Source of the DNA: an uncultured Flavobacteriales bacterium
GTDB lineage: Bacteria > Bacteroidota > Bacteroidia > Flavobacteriales > UBA1820
DNA: 64,000 nt
Assembly (NCBI GenBank): GCA_959608625.1
Contig: CAUHQV010000001.1
Location: 39,783-103,782, forward strand
Direction of reading: 5' to 3'
Numbering within the stretch: the stretch's first letter is position 1; every line of letters begins with the position of its first letter. The notes beneath the pieces were generated by a model. That model did not search any database. It was given only the letters and a program-made list of their open reading frames with translations, and had not been told where the DNA came from. Of the stretch, positions 8,514-17,504 are shown in pieces. Position numbers and translations under genes: made by a program.

Positions 8514-9329
8514 ATGAAAATATCCGCGATAGGAATCTCTACGATTCTTTGTTTGATCTTCGGCGCCTGTTCCGCCGGAAAAATGGCTGTAGGGAAGGGC
8601 CTGCCCCGCCCTGAGGAAGGGGGCGAAGCATTCCGGGTACAGGCCGAAGCGGCCAATGTGCCCGAAAGGGATTCCATGGCCGTGCGCTGGTATTCGGACG
8701 GGAATTTCCCGCAGTTCATGCGCCGGTTTGCCCGGGTGGATGTTGAGTTCGCGACTTCCGACGGGCGTACCGTGAAAGCACATTATTATGTTTCGCCGGA
8801 TTACCTGTGTGTAGGAACGGATGCGGATTTCCTCCGCCTTCCCGTTACCCCGCGCGCTGCGCAGCGGATCGCAGACATGCTCGGATGCTTCCTGTCCACG
8901 CCCAAAATATGCGACGATGTCTACCGTACGGCCCGGGTGAAACTGAAACCCATGCCGATGATGTGCGAGCGGGAAACGTTCAATACGTTCGTCGTGCACA
9001 ACTATATCATCGAGGGGCAGCGCAAAGGCCGCAAAGGCCTCGTAGCCGGACATAAGAAAGATGTGGTAATTACCCAGACGCTTTCCGGAAAGCCCGGGCG
9101 GATCGCCCTTTACGGCTGGCACAAACCCGACGGAAAGCCGATACAGCCGGTATATACCGGTCATATAATGCGGTATGTGGATTACAGCCACGGATTCCGC
9201 CTGGTCAAGCGGGAAATATGGGTAGATGGGAAAAAGATGGACTATACCGAAGTACTCGTACACCCGGAATACTGGCGGGCGCTCAGTTACCAGCCGGGAC
9301 AGACTTTTATCGCCTATCCGATCCGGTAA
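8514..9329 (+). CDS. Lipoprotein of unknown function (271 aa)
   Basis: Signal plus lipobox (LCLIFGACS). Protein-like composition, whereas the antisense ORF 8469..9263 is Arg/Gly/His-rich. No family recognised. Confidence 0.7.
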   Translation: MKISAIGISTILCLIFGACSAGKMAVGKGLPRPEEGGEAFRVQAEAANVPERDSMAVRWYSDGNFPQFMRRFARVDVEFATSDGRTVKAHYYVSPDYLCVGTDADFLRLPVTPRAAQRIADMLGCFLSTPKICDDVYRTARVKLKPMPMMCERETFNTFVVHNYIIEGQRKGRKGLVAGHKKDVVITQTLSGKPGRIALYGWHKPDGKPIQPVYTGHIMRYVDYSHGFRLVKREIWVDGKKMDYTEVLVHPEYWRALSYQPGQTFIAYPIR

Positions 9330-9383
9330 GGCCTTAAATCTTAAATTATGGGCAAAAGCCGCGGAGGAGAAAGTCTTTTGGCG

Positions 9384-9391
9384 TATTTTTG
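9384..9391 (+). promoter_or_regulatory. Candidate -7 element TATTTTTG for lysA
   Basis: Exact TAnnTTTG. It overlaps the TTG (9389) that the ORF track used as the start, so that start is unlikely. Confidence 0.4.
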
Positions 9392-9418
9392 CACCTGCAC
9401 GATAAATTTGAAGCGACA

Positions 9419-10642
9419 GTGGATAGTAACGGATACACGATAGGCGGTATACCCGCCGAAATATTAGCCGCCAAGTACGGCACCCCCCTTTATGCTTACG
9501 ATTACGGCATCATCAGGGAGCAATACGAACGCCTGGAGAGGGCTTTTGCACCGGTGAATGACTTCCGGATCAATTTTGCGATGAAATCCCTGAATAACAT
9601 CAATATCCTGCGCCTGATGCGGGGGTTGGGCAGCGGGATAGACGCTGTATCGGTCAATGAGGCCTCTCTGGCCCTTATGGCTGGTTTTTCCCCTGCGGAT
9701 ATCGTGTACACTCCCAACGGGGTGCCGATGGGGGAACTGGACGAGGCTGTTTCACTGGGGATACGTATCAATATCGACTCGGTAGAGACGCTCCGGGAAT
9801 TTGCCGACAGGCATCCGGGCATTCCGGTGGGCATTCGCATTACCCCGGACATTTATGCGGGCGAGCATGCCAAGATATCGGTCGGGGGAAAAGAATCGAA
9901 ATTCGGGATCGCCCTGCAACAAATAGACCAGGTGGAAGCCTTGGCCAAAGAAAAGAATATTGCGATCGACGGGGTACACCTGCATACCGGTTCGGGTATA
10001 TACGATGTAGACGTGTTCCTCGAAGCGGCCGAACGTATCTTTGCTGTGGCCGAAAGGTTCCCGGTGGAATACATCGATTTCGGCGGCGGATTCAAAGTGC
10101 CGTACAAGCCGGAAGAGACCGGTACGAATATCGAACTGCTGGGTGAAAAACTATCCGAACGGTTCAACCGTTTCGCAGAAAAGGCTGGACGGCGCATACG
10201 CATGATGGTCGAGCCGGGAAAATTCCTGGTGAGCCGCGCCGGGACGCTGTTGGTGCGCGTGGACTGGGTAAAACGTACCCCCGCCGCTACCTTCGCCCAG
10301 GTGGACAGCGGGCTGTGCCATCTGATCCGCCCGATGATGTACGATGCTTACCAGCATATCCTCAACGTATCCAACCCCGCCGGACAGCCGGAAGAATACA
10401 ATGTGACGGGCTATATTTGTGAGACGGATAATTTCGCCGTGTACCGCCGGATCCCGGAAATACGCCGGGGCGATCTGCTGGCCATACTGAACGCAGGGGC
10501 TTATGGGTATACGATGGCCTCGGTGTACAATTCCCGTTTCCGTCCTCCGCAGGTATTGGTGAAGGACAGGCAGGACTACCTCCTGTCCCGGCGCGAAACG
10601 CTGGACGACCTGTTGGCCCTGCAAACAGACCATGGGTTTTGA
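9419..10642 (+). CDS. lysA: Diaminopimelate decarboxylase
   Basis: Fold-III PLP decarboxylase pattern: KYGTPLYAYD, INFAMKSLNN, HLHTGSG, IDFGGGF, EPGKFLV, GYICETDNF, AGAYG. Start set to GTG 9419 (VDSNGYTIGG) because the upstream TTG sits in the putative promoter. The start is uncertain. Confidence 0.9.
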   Translation: MDSNGYTIGGIPAEILAAKYGTPLYAYDYGIIREQYERLERAFAPVNDFRINFAMKSLNNINILRLMRGLGSGIDAVSVNEASLALMAGFSPADIVYTPNGVPMGELDEAVSLGIRINIDSVETLREFADRHPGIPVGIRITPDIYAGEHAKISVGGKESKFGIALQQIDQVEALAKEKNIAIDGVHLHTGSGIYDVDVFLEAAERIFAVAERFPVEYIDFGGGFKVPYKPEETGTNIELLGEKLSERFNRFAEKAGRRIRMMVEPGKFLVSRAGTLLVRVDWVKRTPAATFAQVDSGLCHLIRPMMYDAYQHILNVSNPAGQPEEYNVTGYICETDNFAVYRRIPEIRRGDLLAILNAGAYGYTMASVYNSRFRPPQVLVKDRQDYLLSRRETLDDLLALQTDHGF

Positions 10643-10681
10643 TAGGGGTTTTGACGGGCGATTGATTATCTTTGCAAGGAC

Positions 10682-11812
10682 ATGAAATTCGATATAGAAC
10701 AAAGCGACTCAAACTCCAAAGCCAGGGCGGGTGTGCTGCATACCGCCCACGGCGATGTGCCTACGCCCATATTCATGCCGGTGGGTACGGTAGGGAGCGT
10801 AAAAGGCGTACACCAGCGGGAGCTTTCGGACGATGTGAACGCAAAGATCATTCTGGGAAACACGTACCACCTGTACCTGCGTCCCGGTACCGACATCCTG
10901 CAAAAGGCCGGAGGACTCCACAAATTCATCGGTTGGGAGCGCCCTATCCTTACCGACAGCGGCGGTTACCAGGTGTATTCGCTTTCGGCCACCCGCAAGA
11001 TAAAGGAAGAGGGAGTCCGTTTCAAATCGCATATAGACGGTTCCGTCCATTTCTTTTCCCCGGAGAGCGTGATGGACATCGAACGCAAGATAGGCGCCGA
11101 TATCATCATGGCTTTCGACGAATGCACCCCGTACCCCTGCGAATATTCCTATGCCAAGGCTTCGATGCAGATGACTCACCGCTGGCTCGACCGCTGTGTG
11201 GCCCATCTGAAAGAGAATCCCGAACTGTACGGGTATTCCCAGGCGTTGTTCCCCATCGTGCAGGGTTCGGTCTACCCGGACTTGCGCCGTATGTCGGCCG
11301 AAAAGATCGCTTCGGTCGGGGCGGACGGGAATGCCATCGGCGGCCTTTCCGTAGGGGAACCTCATGAGATCATGTACGAGATGATCGAGGAGGTCTGCGC
11401 CATCCTGCCGGCCGACCGGCCCCGCTACCTGATGGGGGTGGGCACCCCGGTCAATATCCTGGAGGCCATATCCCGCGGGATCGATATGATGGACTGCGTG
11501 ATGCCTACCCGCAACGGGCGCAACGGCATGCTGTTCACCTCGGAAGGGATTCTCAATATCAAAAACCGCAAATGGGCCGACGATTTTTCGCCTGTCGATC
11601 CCGCCGGGCATACCTGGGTCGATACGGCTTATTCCCGTGCCTACCTGCGGCACCTTTTCTCGGCAGATGAATTTTTGGGCAAACAGATCGCCTCGATACA
11701 CAATTTAGGATTCTATCTCTGGCTTGTCTCCGAGGCCCGCAAGCGGATAGAGGCCGGTGATTTTGCCTTGTGGAAGGCCGAAATGGTGGAAAAACTGGAT
11801 CGCAGGTTATGA
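10682..11812 (+). CDS. tgt: tRNA-guanine transglycosylase (queuine tRNA-ribosyltransferase)
   Basis: 376 aa with hallmark TPIFMPVGT, LGNTYHL, TDSGGYQV, AFDEC, GGLSVGE, MGVGTP, DCVMPTRNGRNG. Confidence 0.95.
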   Translation: MKFDIEQSDSNSKARAGVLHTAHGDVPTPIFMPVGTVGSVKGVHQRELSDDVNAKIILGNTYHLYLRPGTDILQKAGGLHKFIGWERPILTDSGGYQVYSLSATRKIKEEGVRFKSHIDGSVHFFSPESVMDIERKIGADIIMAFDECTPYPCEYSYAKASMQMTHRWLDRCVAHLKENPELYGYSQALFPIVQGSVYPDLRRMSAEKIASVGADGNAIGGLSVGEPHEIMYEMIEEVCAILPADRPRYLMGVGTPVNILEAISRGIDMMDCVMPTRNGRNGMLFTSEGILNIKNRKWADDFSPVDPAGHTWVDTAYSRAYLRHLFSADEFLGKQIASIHNLGFYLWLVSEARKRIEAGDFALWKAEMVEKLDRRL

Positions 11813-12906
11813 AGCGGCTGAAGATACTCGACTGGTATATCCTCAAGAATTTCCTGGGCACTTTCCTGGTGACCGAGGTGGTGATCCTCGTATTGGCGGT
11901 GGTGGTCGATATGTCGGAAAAGATCGACAAATACCTCACCAACGAGGCCCCGATGATCGAGATCGTCAAGTATTACCTGAATTTCGCGCTTTATTACGGC
12001 AACATGTACATGTCGCTGGTCGTATTCCTGGCGGCGACCATTTTTACGTCCAAGTTCGCGGCCCGTTCGGAGATCATCGCCATTATGAGCGCGGGGGTGA
12101 ATTACAACCGTTTCCTCCGCCCGTATCTTGTGGGGGCAACGCTTTTGATGTGCTTTTCGATGGTGATCAACAATTTCATCCTGCCGTATTCCAACGTGCG
12201 CCGTTTCGCTTTCGAGGCGAAGTATGTCAAACCCCAGCGGCAGGACTTCCAATTTGAACAGAACATCCACAAACAGGTCGGGCCGGGGCAGATGCTGTAT
12301 ATATACGACTGGAACATCGGTCAAAAGACCGGGCAAAAATTTGCGCTCGAACAGTACGATTCCACAGGGGCGCTGGTTCATAAATTTTCGGCGGACAATA
12401 TCCGGTACGATGAAGATTCGGCCCGGTACCATATTTCTACCTTTTTCGTCCGCGACCTGAATCCCGACGGGTCGGACAATCTCAGATCGGGCTATTTGTT
12501 GGATACGATTTTCCCGTTCACCCCGGCCGATTTTACCAAAGATAAACGCATCGGGGACAAAAAAAACTCCCTCGAACTGGAAAAATTGATAAAACTGGAA
12601 CAGGAGCGGGGTTCGCCGGACGTACGGGCGCTTATTACCGAAAAATACAAACGGTTCGCTCTGCCTTTTTCCTGTATTATCCTTACGCTGCTGGCGGTAT
12701 CCCTCTGCTCGCGCAAGAAGCGGGGCGGGGCGGGGATCAACATCGCGGTGGGCATTGTGCTGATGGCGGCTTATTTATTCATGCTCCGTATCTTTGAAAC
12801 CACCGCCGCCAAGAGTGTCGATGGGTATCCGCTTTTCTGGATATGGCTCCCCAATATCTTGTTCGCAGGGATAGCTTATTATCTGTACCGCAATGCAAAG
12901 AAGTGA
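11809..12906 (+). CDS. LptF/LptG-family LPS export permease
   Basis: Trimmed to MKRLKILDWYILKNFLGTFL (ATGA overlap with the tgt stop). N-terminal 3 TM, a periplasmic beta-jellyroll-sized loop, then C-terminal 3 TM. Confidence 0.85.
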   Translation: MKRLKILDWYILKNFLGTFLVTEVVILVLAVVVDMSEKIDKYLTNEAPMIEIVKYYLNFALYYGNMYMSLVVFLAATIFTSKFAARSEIIAIMSAGVNYNRFLRPYLVGATLLMCFSMVINNFILPYSNVRRFAFEAKYVKPQRQDFQFEQNIHKQVGPGQMLYIYDWNIGQKTGQKFALEQYDSTGALVHKFSADNIRYDEDSARYHISTFFVRDLNPDGSDNLRSGYLLDTIFPFTPADFTKDKRIGDKKNSLELEKLIKLEQERGSPDVRALITEKYKRFALPFSCIILTLLAVSLCSRKKRGGAGINIAVGIVLMAAYLFMLRIFETTAAKSVDGYPLFWIWLPNILFAGIAYYLYRNAKK

Positions 12907-13825
12907 CCATAAAGCGCACCCGTACCTCTCCCTCCATCTCGTTATCCTGATATTCGGTTTTACCGGGATACTCGGGCGGTACATCGATACCCCGCCTACG
13001 GCCCTGACCATTTACCGTACCGGGCTTACGTTCATCTGCCTGGGGCTTTTCATGTGGTACAAAGGCATGTCTTTCCGGGTGGGGACAAAAAACATCGTCC
13101 TGCTCCTGCTTTCGGGCGGGGTAATAGGTATACACTGGGTATTGTTCTTTTCGGCTATCAAGCAGGCCAACGTTTCGGTGACCATGGCGATGCTCGCTAC
13201 GGGAGCTTTGTTCGCTTCGTTCCTCGAACCCGTATTTTATCACCGCCGCCTGCGTATCCATGAAGTCCTGTTCGGGCTGCTGGCCGTAGTGGGTATATTC
13301 GTCATATCGGGGCAGAATTCCGATTTCCACGGCGGGATCATTACCGCATTGGCCGCCTCGTTCGTATCGGCCTGTTATTCCATCATCAACAGCAAGTGGT
13401 ACCGCAAGTTTCCCAACGATGCGGTGATGGTGTCCTTTTACGAAATGGTCGGCGCCGTGGTGGTCGTAGCCTTGGTGTTCGCCCCGACGGAAGGTTTTGT
13501 GCAGGGATTGGGAAAAGTCGACTTAAAGGATGCTTTGGGTATCCTGTTCCTGGCGATCGTATGTACTTCGTATACCAGCGTACGGATGATCCAATTGTTC
13601 CGTTACCTTTCGCCGTTCACCGTGATGCTCAATATCAACCTCGAGCCGGTGTATGCCATGCTGATGGCGGCGGTCCTGTACCCGGACGAGCGGATGTCGG
13701 GGACTTTTTATGCCGGGGCGGCCATTATCCTTTCCACGGTAGTACTCAACGCCCTGCTGAACAATTACCGCGACCGCCGCAAGGCCAAACGCCTGGCTGC
13801 GGGGAAGGAAAAAATGGCGAATTAA
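12893..13825 (+). CDS. DMT/EamA-superfamily permease
   Basis: 310-aa 10-TM ORF overlapping the lptF/G end by 14 nt. Two EamA-like halves. Confidence 0.8.
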   Translation: MQRSDHKAHPYLSLHLVILIFGFTGILGRYIDTPPTALTIYRTGLTFICLGLFMWYKGMSFRVGTKNIVLLLLSGGVIGIHWVLFFSAIKQANVSVTMAMLATGALFASFLEPVFYHRRLRIHEVLFGLLAVVGIFVISGQNSDFHGGIITALAASFVSACYSIINSKWYRKFPNDAVMVSFYEMVGAVVVVALVFAPTEGFVQGLGKVDLKDALGILFLAIVCTSYTSVRMIQLFRYLSPFTVMLNINLEPVYAMLMAAVLYPDERMSGTFYAGAAIILSTVVLNALLNNYRDRRKAKRLAAGKEKMAN

Positions 13826-13856
13826 TCCTTTTTTGCGTACCTTTACGATCCCTGTA

Positions 13857-14333
13857 ATGGCAGCGAACATGAAATCGAGACCCAACAACGTAAACATACA
13901 GAACAAGCGCGCTTCGTTCGAATACGAACTGCTCGACCGCTATATGGCCGGTATCGTGCTGTACGGCACCGAGATAAAATCCCTCCGATTGGGTAAAGGG
14001 CGTATCGCGGACAGTTTCTGCCAGTTCAAGGACAACGAACTGTTCATCATCAACATGAACATCGACCAGTACGACCATGCCACATATTTCAACCATGCGG
14101 CCCGGCGCGAGCGCAAACTTTTGCTCACCCGCGCCGAACTCCGGCGCCTCGACCGTGCCGTGAAGGAAAAAGGGCTTACCATCGTCCCGTTGAAACTCTT
14201 TATCAACGACAAAGGGCTGGCCAAGATCGAGATCGCATTGGGCCGCGGGAAAAAATTGTACGACAAGCGCGAATCCATCAAGGATAAGGACGTGCGCCGG
14301 GATATGGACCGGGCTGTAAAGATCAAACTTTGA
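13857..14333 (+). CDS. smpB: SsrA-binding protein
   Basis: [46 protein letters not shown] and [19 protein letters not shown] are classic SmpB. The start is ATG 13857 or 13869; the track TTG 13833 is unlikely. Confidence 0.9.
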   Translation: MAANMKSRPNNVNIQNKRASFEYELLDRYMAGIVLYGTEIKSLRLGKGRIADSFCQFKDNELFIINMNIDQYDHATYFNHAARRERKLLLTRAELRRLDRAVKEKGLTIVPLKLFINDKGLAKIEIALGRGKKLYDKRESIKDKDVRRDMDRAVKIKL

Positions 14334-14346
14334 TATTTCTACCGCG

Positions 14347-14979
14347 ATGAGAACCAAAGACAAGGTCGAATTCCTGATAAAAACGCTGGACGAACTTTAT
14401 CCCGATCCCCGGATACCCCTTTCACATATCGATCCGTTTACCTTTCTGGTGGCGGTATTGCTTTCTGCCCAGACGACCGACAAGCGCGTCAATGAAGTCA
14501 CCCCGGCCCTCTTTGCCAAAGGCCCTACGCCGCGGGAAATGGCGCGGCTGGAGGAGGACGAAATCATCTCCATTATCCATCCGGTAGGCCTGGCCCCGAC
14601 TAAAGGGAAAAATGTAAAAGCCCTTTCGCAGATCCTGCTCGAAAAACACGACGGGCAGGTGCCCCGCACGTTCGAAGAACTGGAAGCCCTGCCGGGAGTA
14701 GGGCACAAGACGGCCTCGGTGGTCATGTCGCAGGCATTCGGCGTTCCTGCGTTCCCGGTGGATACCCATATACATCGGCTGATGCACCGCTGGGGGCTTT
14801 CTTCCGGAAAAAATGTGGTCGAGACCGAAAAAGACGCCAAACGGGTATTCCCCCGTGAGCTATGGACACGTTTGCATTTGCAGATCATCTACTACGGCCG
14901 GGAGTATTCACCTGCCCGGGGGGCCACGCTGGAAAAGGATATCATTACTGCCACGATCAATCCCAAAGCCCTGAGCTGA
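14347..14979 (+). CDS. nth: Endonuclease III (HhH-GPD DNA glycosylase/AP lyase) homolog lacking the Fe-S cluster cysteines
   Basis: LPGVGHKTASVVM (catalytic Lys) and VDTHIHRL (Asp) are conserved. The whole 210-aa product contains no cysteine. Confidence 0.85.
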   Translation: MRTKDKVEFLIKTLDELYPDPRIPLSHIDPFTFLVAVLLSAQTTDKRVNEVTPALFAKGPTPREMARLEEDEIISIIHPVGLAPTKGKNVKALSQILLEKHDGQVPRTFEELEALPGVGHKTASVVMSQAFGVPAFPVDTHIHRLMHRWGLSSGKNVVETEKDAKRVFPRELWTRLHLQIIYYGREYSPARGATLEKDIITATINPKALS

Positions 14980-15020
14980 TTTTAGGGCAGATTTATGAAA
15001 CGGTTTCCCGGCTAATTTAT

Positions 15021-15028
15021 TACCTTTG
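15021..15028 (+). promoter_or_regulatory. Candidate -7 element TACCTTTG for the LytM-domain gene
   Basis: Exact TAnnTTTG 37 nt upstream of the ATG at 15065. It overlaps the track start at 15026. Confidence 0.35.
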
Positions 15029-15064
15029 TGCGTGGCACCTGAAAAAGTGCCGGATCGATACAAA

Positions 15065-15973
15065 ATGGCCGCAAAAAAGAAGGAATCAGAAGCAAAAAAA
15101 GGGAAAGAGGACCGCTTCCGCAAAAGACTGCGCAAGAAGCTCACCAACCATTTCAAGTTCATCGTATTCGACGAGGCCATGTTCCACGAGGTGTTCTCGC
15201 TGCGCCTGCGGCCGATGAACATCGTAATCCTTCTGGCGGTGGCCACTATCGTACTGATAGGGGGAACTATTCTTCTGCTCCGCTATACCAGTTTGAAAAC
15301 GTATGTGGTGACCGACGACGTGCCGGCTCTGCGCCGCCAGACGACCGTCCTGCTTTCCCAACTGGATGCCATGGAAAACAAACTGTCCCAGAACGAGGCT
15401 TATCTGTCTGCTATGCGGGATGTATTGGCCGGGAATGTGGAACCCGAGAAACTCCAGGACTCCGTTTTTGTAGACTCTATTTCCCGGAACGCTAAAAAAC
15501 ATATCTGGGCCTCTCCGCAGGATTCGGCTTTCCGTACCGACGTAGAGACCCGGCAGCTCAACGCCCAGGCAAGCGGGGCCTCGGCCTCCCGCAATATGAT
15601 GGTCTTTTCCACGCCGGTGCGTGGGGCTGTGATAGCGGCTCCTTACGACAAATCTTCAGACCATATGTGGATCGGCCTTTCGGCCAAAGCCAACACACCT
15701 ATTTTCGCCTTGGCCCCGGGTACGGTCGTGTACCGGGAATGGACTCCCGAAAGCGGCAATGTAGTGATCATCAACCACTCGGAAAACGTCACCAGCGTAT
15801 ATAAGAATGTCGGGCTGACCGAAAAGAAAGCTGGCGACCGTGTGACACAGGGCGAACTTATCGCCATGACAGGCGTCGGGGCCAATGCGACTACCGATCC
15901 GGTCATCCACTTCGAACTATGGATCGACGGGCTTTCGGTCGATCCGCAGGACTATATCAGTTTCGGCATGTAA
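15065..15973 (+). CDS. Membrane-anchored M23/LytM-domain protein with degenerate catalytic motifs
   Basis: Trimmed to MAAKKKESEAKKG. One TM (IVILLAVATIVLIGGTILLL), a coiled-coil segment, and a C-terminal LytM fold (VVIINHSENVTSVYKNVG, IAMTGVG, PVIHFELW). Confidence 0.8.
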   Translation: MAAKKKESEAKKGKEDRFRKRLRKKLTNHFKFIVFDEAMFHEVFSLRLRPMNIVILLAVATIVLIGGTILLLRYTSLKTYVVTDDVPALRRQTTVLLSQLDAMENKLSQNEAYLSAMRDVLAGNVEPEKLQDSVFVDSISRNAKKHIWASPQDSAFRTDVETRQLNAQASGASASRNMMVFSTPVRGAVIAAPYDKSSDHMWIGLSAKANTPIFALAPGTVVYREWTPESGNVVIINHSENVTSVYKNVGLTEKKAGDRVTQGELIAMTGVGANATTDPVIHFELWIDGLSVDPQDYISFGM

Positions 15974-15986
15974 AGGGAAGGTATCG

Positions 15987-17504
15987 ATGAAAAAATACTT
16001 TGCATCCCTATTCGCCCGCCACTGCATCAGAAAATCCGACCAGGCTGTAAACCACCCCATAGCGGCCCAAGAACGTTTATTCCGCTCGCTTCTCGAAACG
16101 GCGAAAGACACCGCTTTCGGGCGGGAGCACGGATTCGGATCCATAAAGACTTACGGCGAATTCCGTTCGAAAGTCCCCCTTCACACGTACGAACAGTTGG
16201 AACCTTACGTCAGGCGTATTGCCGACGGAGAAAGCAATGTGCTTTGGCCCGGCCGTCCGGCTTACTTCGCCAAAACATCCGGCACTACGTCCGGCACCAA
16301 ATACATCCCGTTGACTAAAAAGGGCCTCGCCTGTCAGGCGAGGGCTACGCGGGATATGCTTCTTCGCTATATCCTCCTTTCCGGCAACGTCGGTTTTGTG
16401 GGCGGGAAAATGATCTTTCTACAGGGGAGTCCTGTGCTGGAAAATAAGAACGGGATAAAGACCGGGCGTCTCTCCGGCATTGTGGCCCATTGCGTACCCT
16501 TTTACTTGCGGAGCAACCGCAAGCCTTCCTACCGGACCAACTGCATGGAGGACTGGGAAACCAAAGTGGAGGCCGTGGTCGATGAAACGGCCGGGGCGGA
16601 TATGACCCTGATCTCCGGCATCCCTTCATGGCTCCAGATGTATTTTGAGCGGCTTATCGCCCGCAGCGGGAAAAAAGTGGGGGACCTTTTCCCGAATTTT
16701 TCGGTAATGGTCACCGGCGGGGTGAATTACGAACCGTACCGGGCGCGCTTCGAAGAGCTTATCGGCCGCCGTGTGGATATTTTAGAAACGTACCCGGCCT
16801 CCGAAGGATTTATCGCCGCTACGGACAGCGTCGCTACGGACGGCAGCTTGCTGCTCAATGTGGACGGAGGCCTGTTTTACGAATTCATCCCGGCCGACCG
16901 CTATGGCGAGGAAAACGCCCCGCGCCTAAGCCTTTCCGAAGTCGAGGTAGGAGTCAATTATGCAGTCGTGCTGTCGACCAATTCCGGGCTGTGGGCCTAT
17001 TCGATAGGGGATACGGTGATGTTTGCCTCTACGGCGCCTTACCGGGTGAAAGTCACGGGCCGCGTAGCCCATTATACGTCCGCATTCGGGGAGCATATCA
17101 TCGCCGCCGAAGCGGAAAATGCCGTGTCGCAGGCTGCCCGGGCGACCGGTGCGGTCGTGTCCGAATTTACCCTGGCCCCGCAGATCACTCCGCAAGAGGG
17201 GCTTCCTTACCACGAGTGGTTCATCGAATTCGGCCGGGAGCCCTCGGATATGAGCGAATTCTGCCGCCGGATAGACGAAAGCATGCAGGCGCAGAATATC
17301 TATTACCGCGACCTGATAGAAGGAGGCATACTCCGTCCGGCGGTAGTGCGCGCCCTGCCGGAAGGTTCTTTTACGGCCTATATGAAGTCGGTGGGGAAAT
17401 TGGGCGGACAGAACAAAATACCCCGCCTGTCCAACGACCGGAAGATCGCCGATGCACTTACGATCATACTGAATGATAATCCTAAAATAAAGATAGCACC
17501 ATGA
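15987..17504 (+). CDS. GH3 (auxin-responsive promoter) family adenylating enzyme homolog
   Basis: Trimmed to MKKYFASLFARHCIRK. FAKTSGTTSGTKYIP and YPASEGFIA motifs, typical of the Bacteroidetes GH3 family. Confidence 0.85.
   Translation: MKKYFASLFARHCIRKSDQAVNHPIAAQERLFRSLLETAKDTAFGREHGFGSIKTYGEFRSKVPLHTYEQLEPYVRRIADGESNVLWPGRPAYFAKTSGTTSGTKYIPLTKKGLACQARATRDMLLRYILLSGNVGFVGGKMIFLQGSPVLENKNGIKTGRLSGIVAHCVPFYLRSNRKPSYRTNCMEDWETKVEAVVDETAGADMTLISGIPSWLQMYFERLIARSGKKVGDLFPNFSVMVTGGVNYEPYRARFEELIGRRVDILETYPASEGFIAATDSVATDGSLLLNVDGGLFYEFIPADRYGEENAPRLSLSEVEVGVNYAVVLSTNSGLWAYSIGDTVMFASTAPYRVKVTGRVAHYTSAFGEHIIAAEAENAVSQAARATGAVVSEFTLAPQITPQEGLPYHEWFIEFGREPSDMSEFCRRIDESMQAQNIYYRDLIEGGILRPAVVRALPEGSFTAYMKSVGKLGGQNKIPRLSNDRKIADALTIILNDNPKIKIAP

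Noticed and set aside
9330-9418. Lysine riboswitch upstream of lysA (and likewise upstream of the lysO-like operon at 61673-61805).
   Set aside because: The leaders are far too short (about 20-30 nt after the putative -7 boxes) to hold a roughly 180-nt L-box. I saw no conserved L-box segments.
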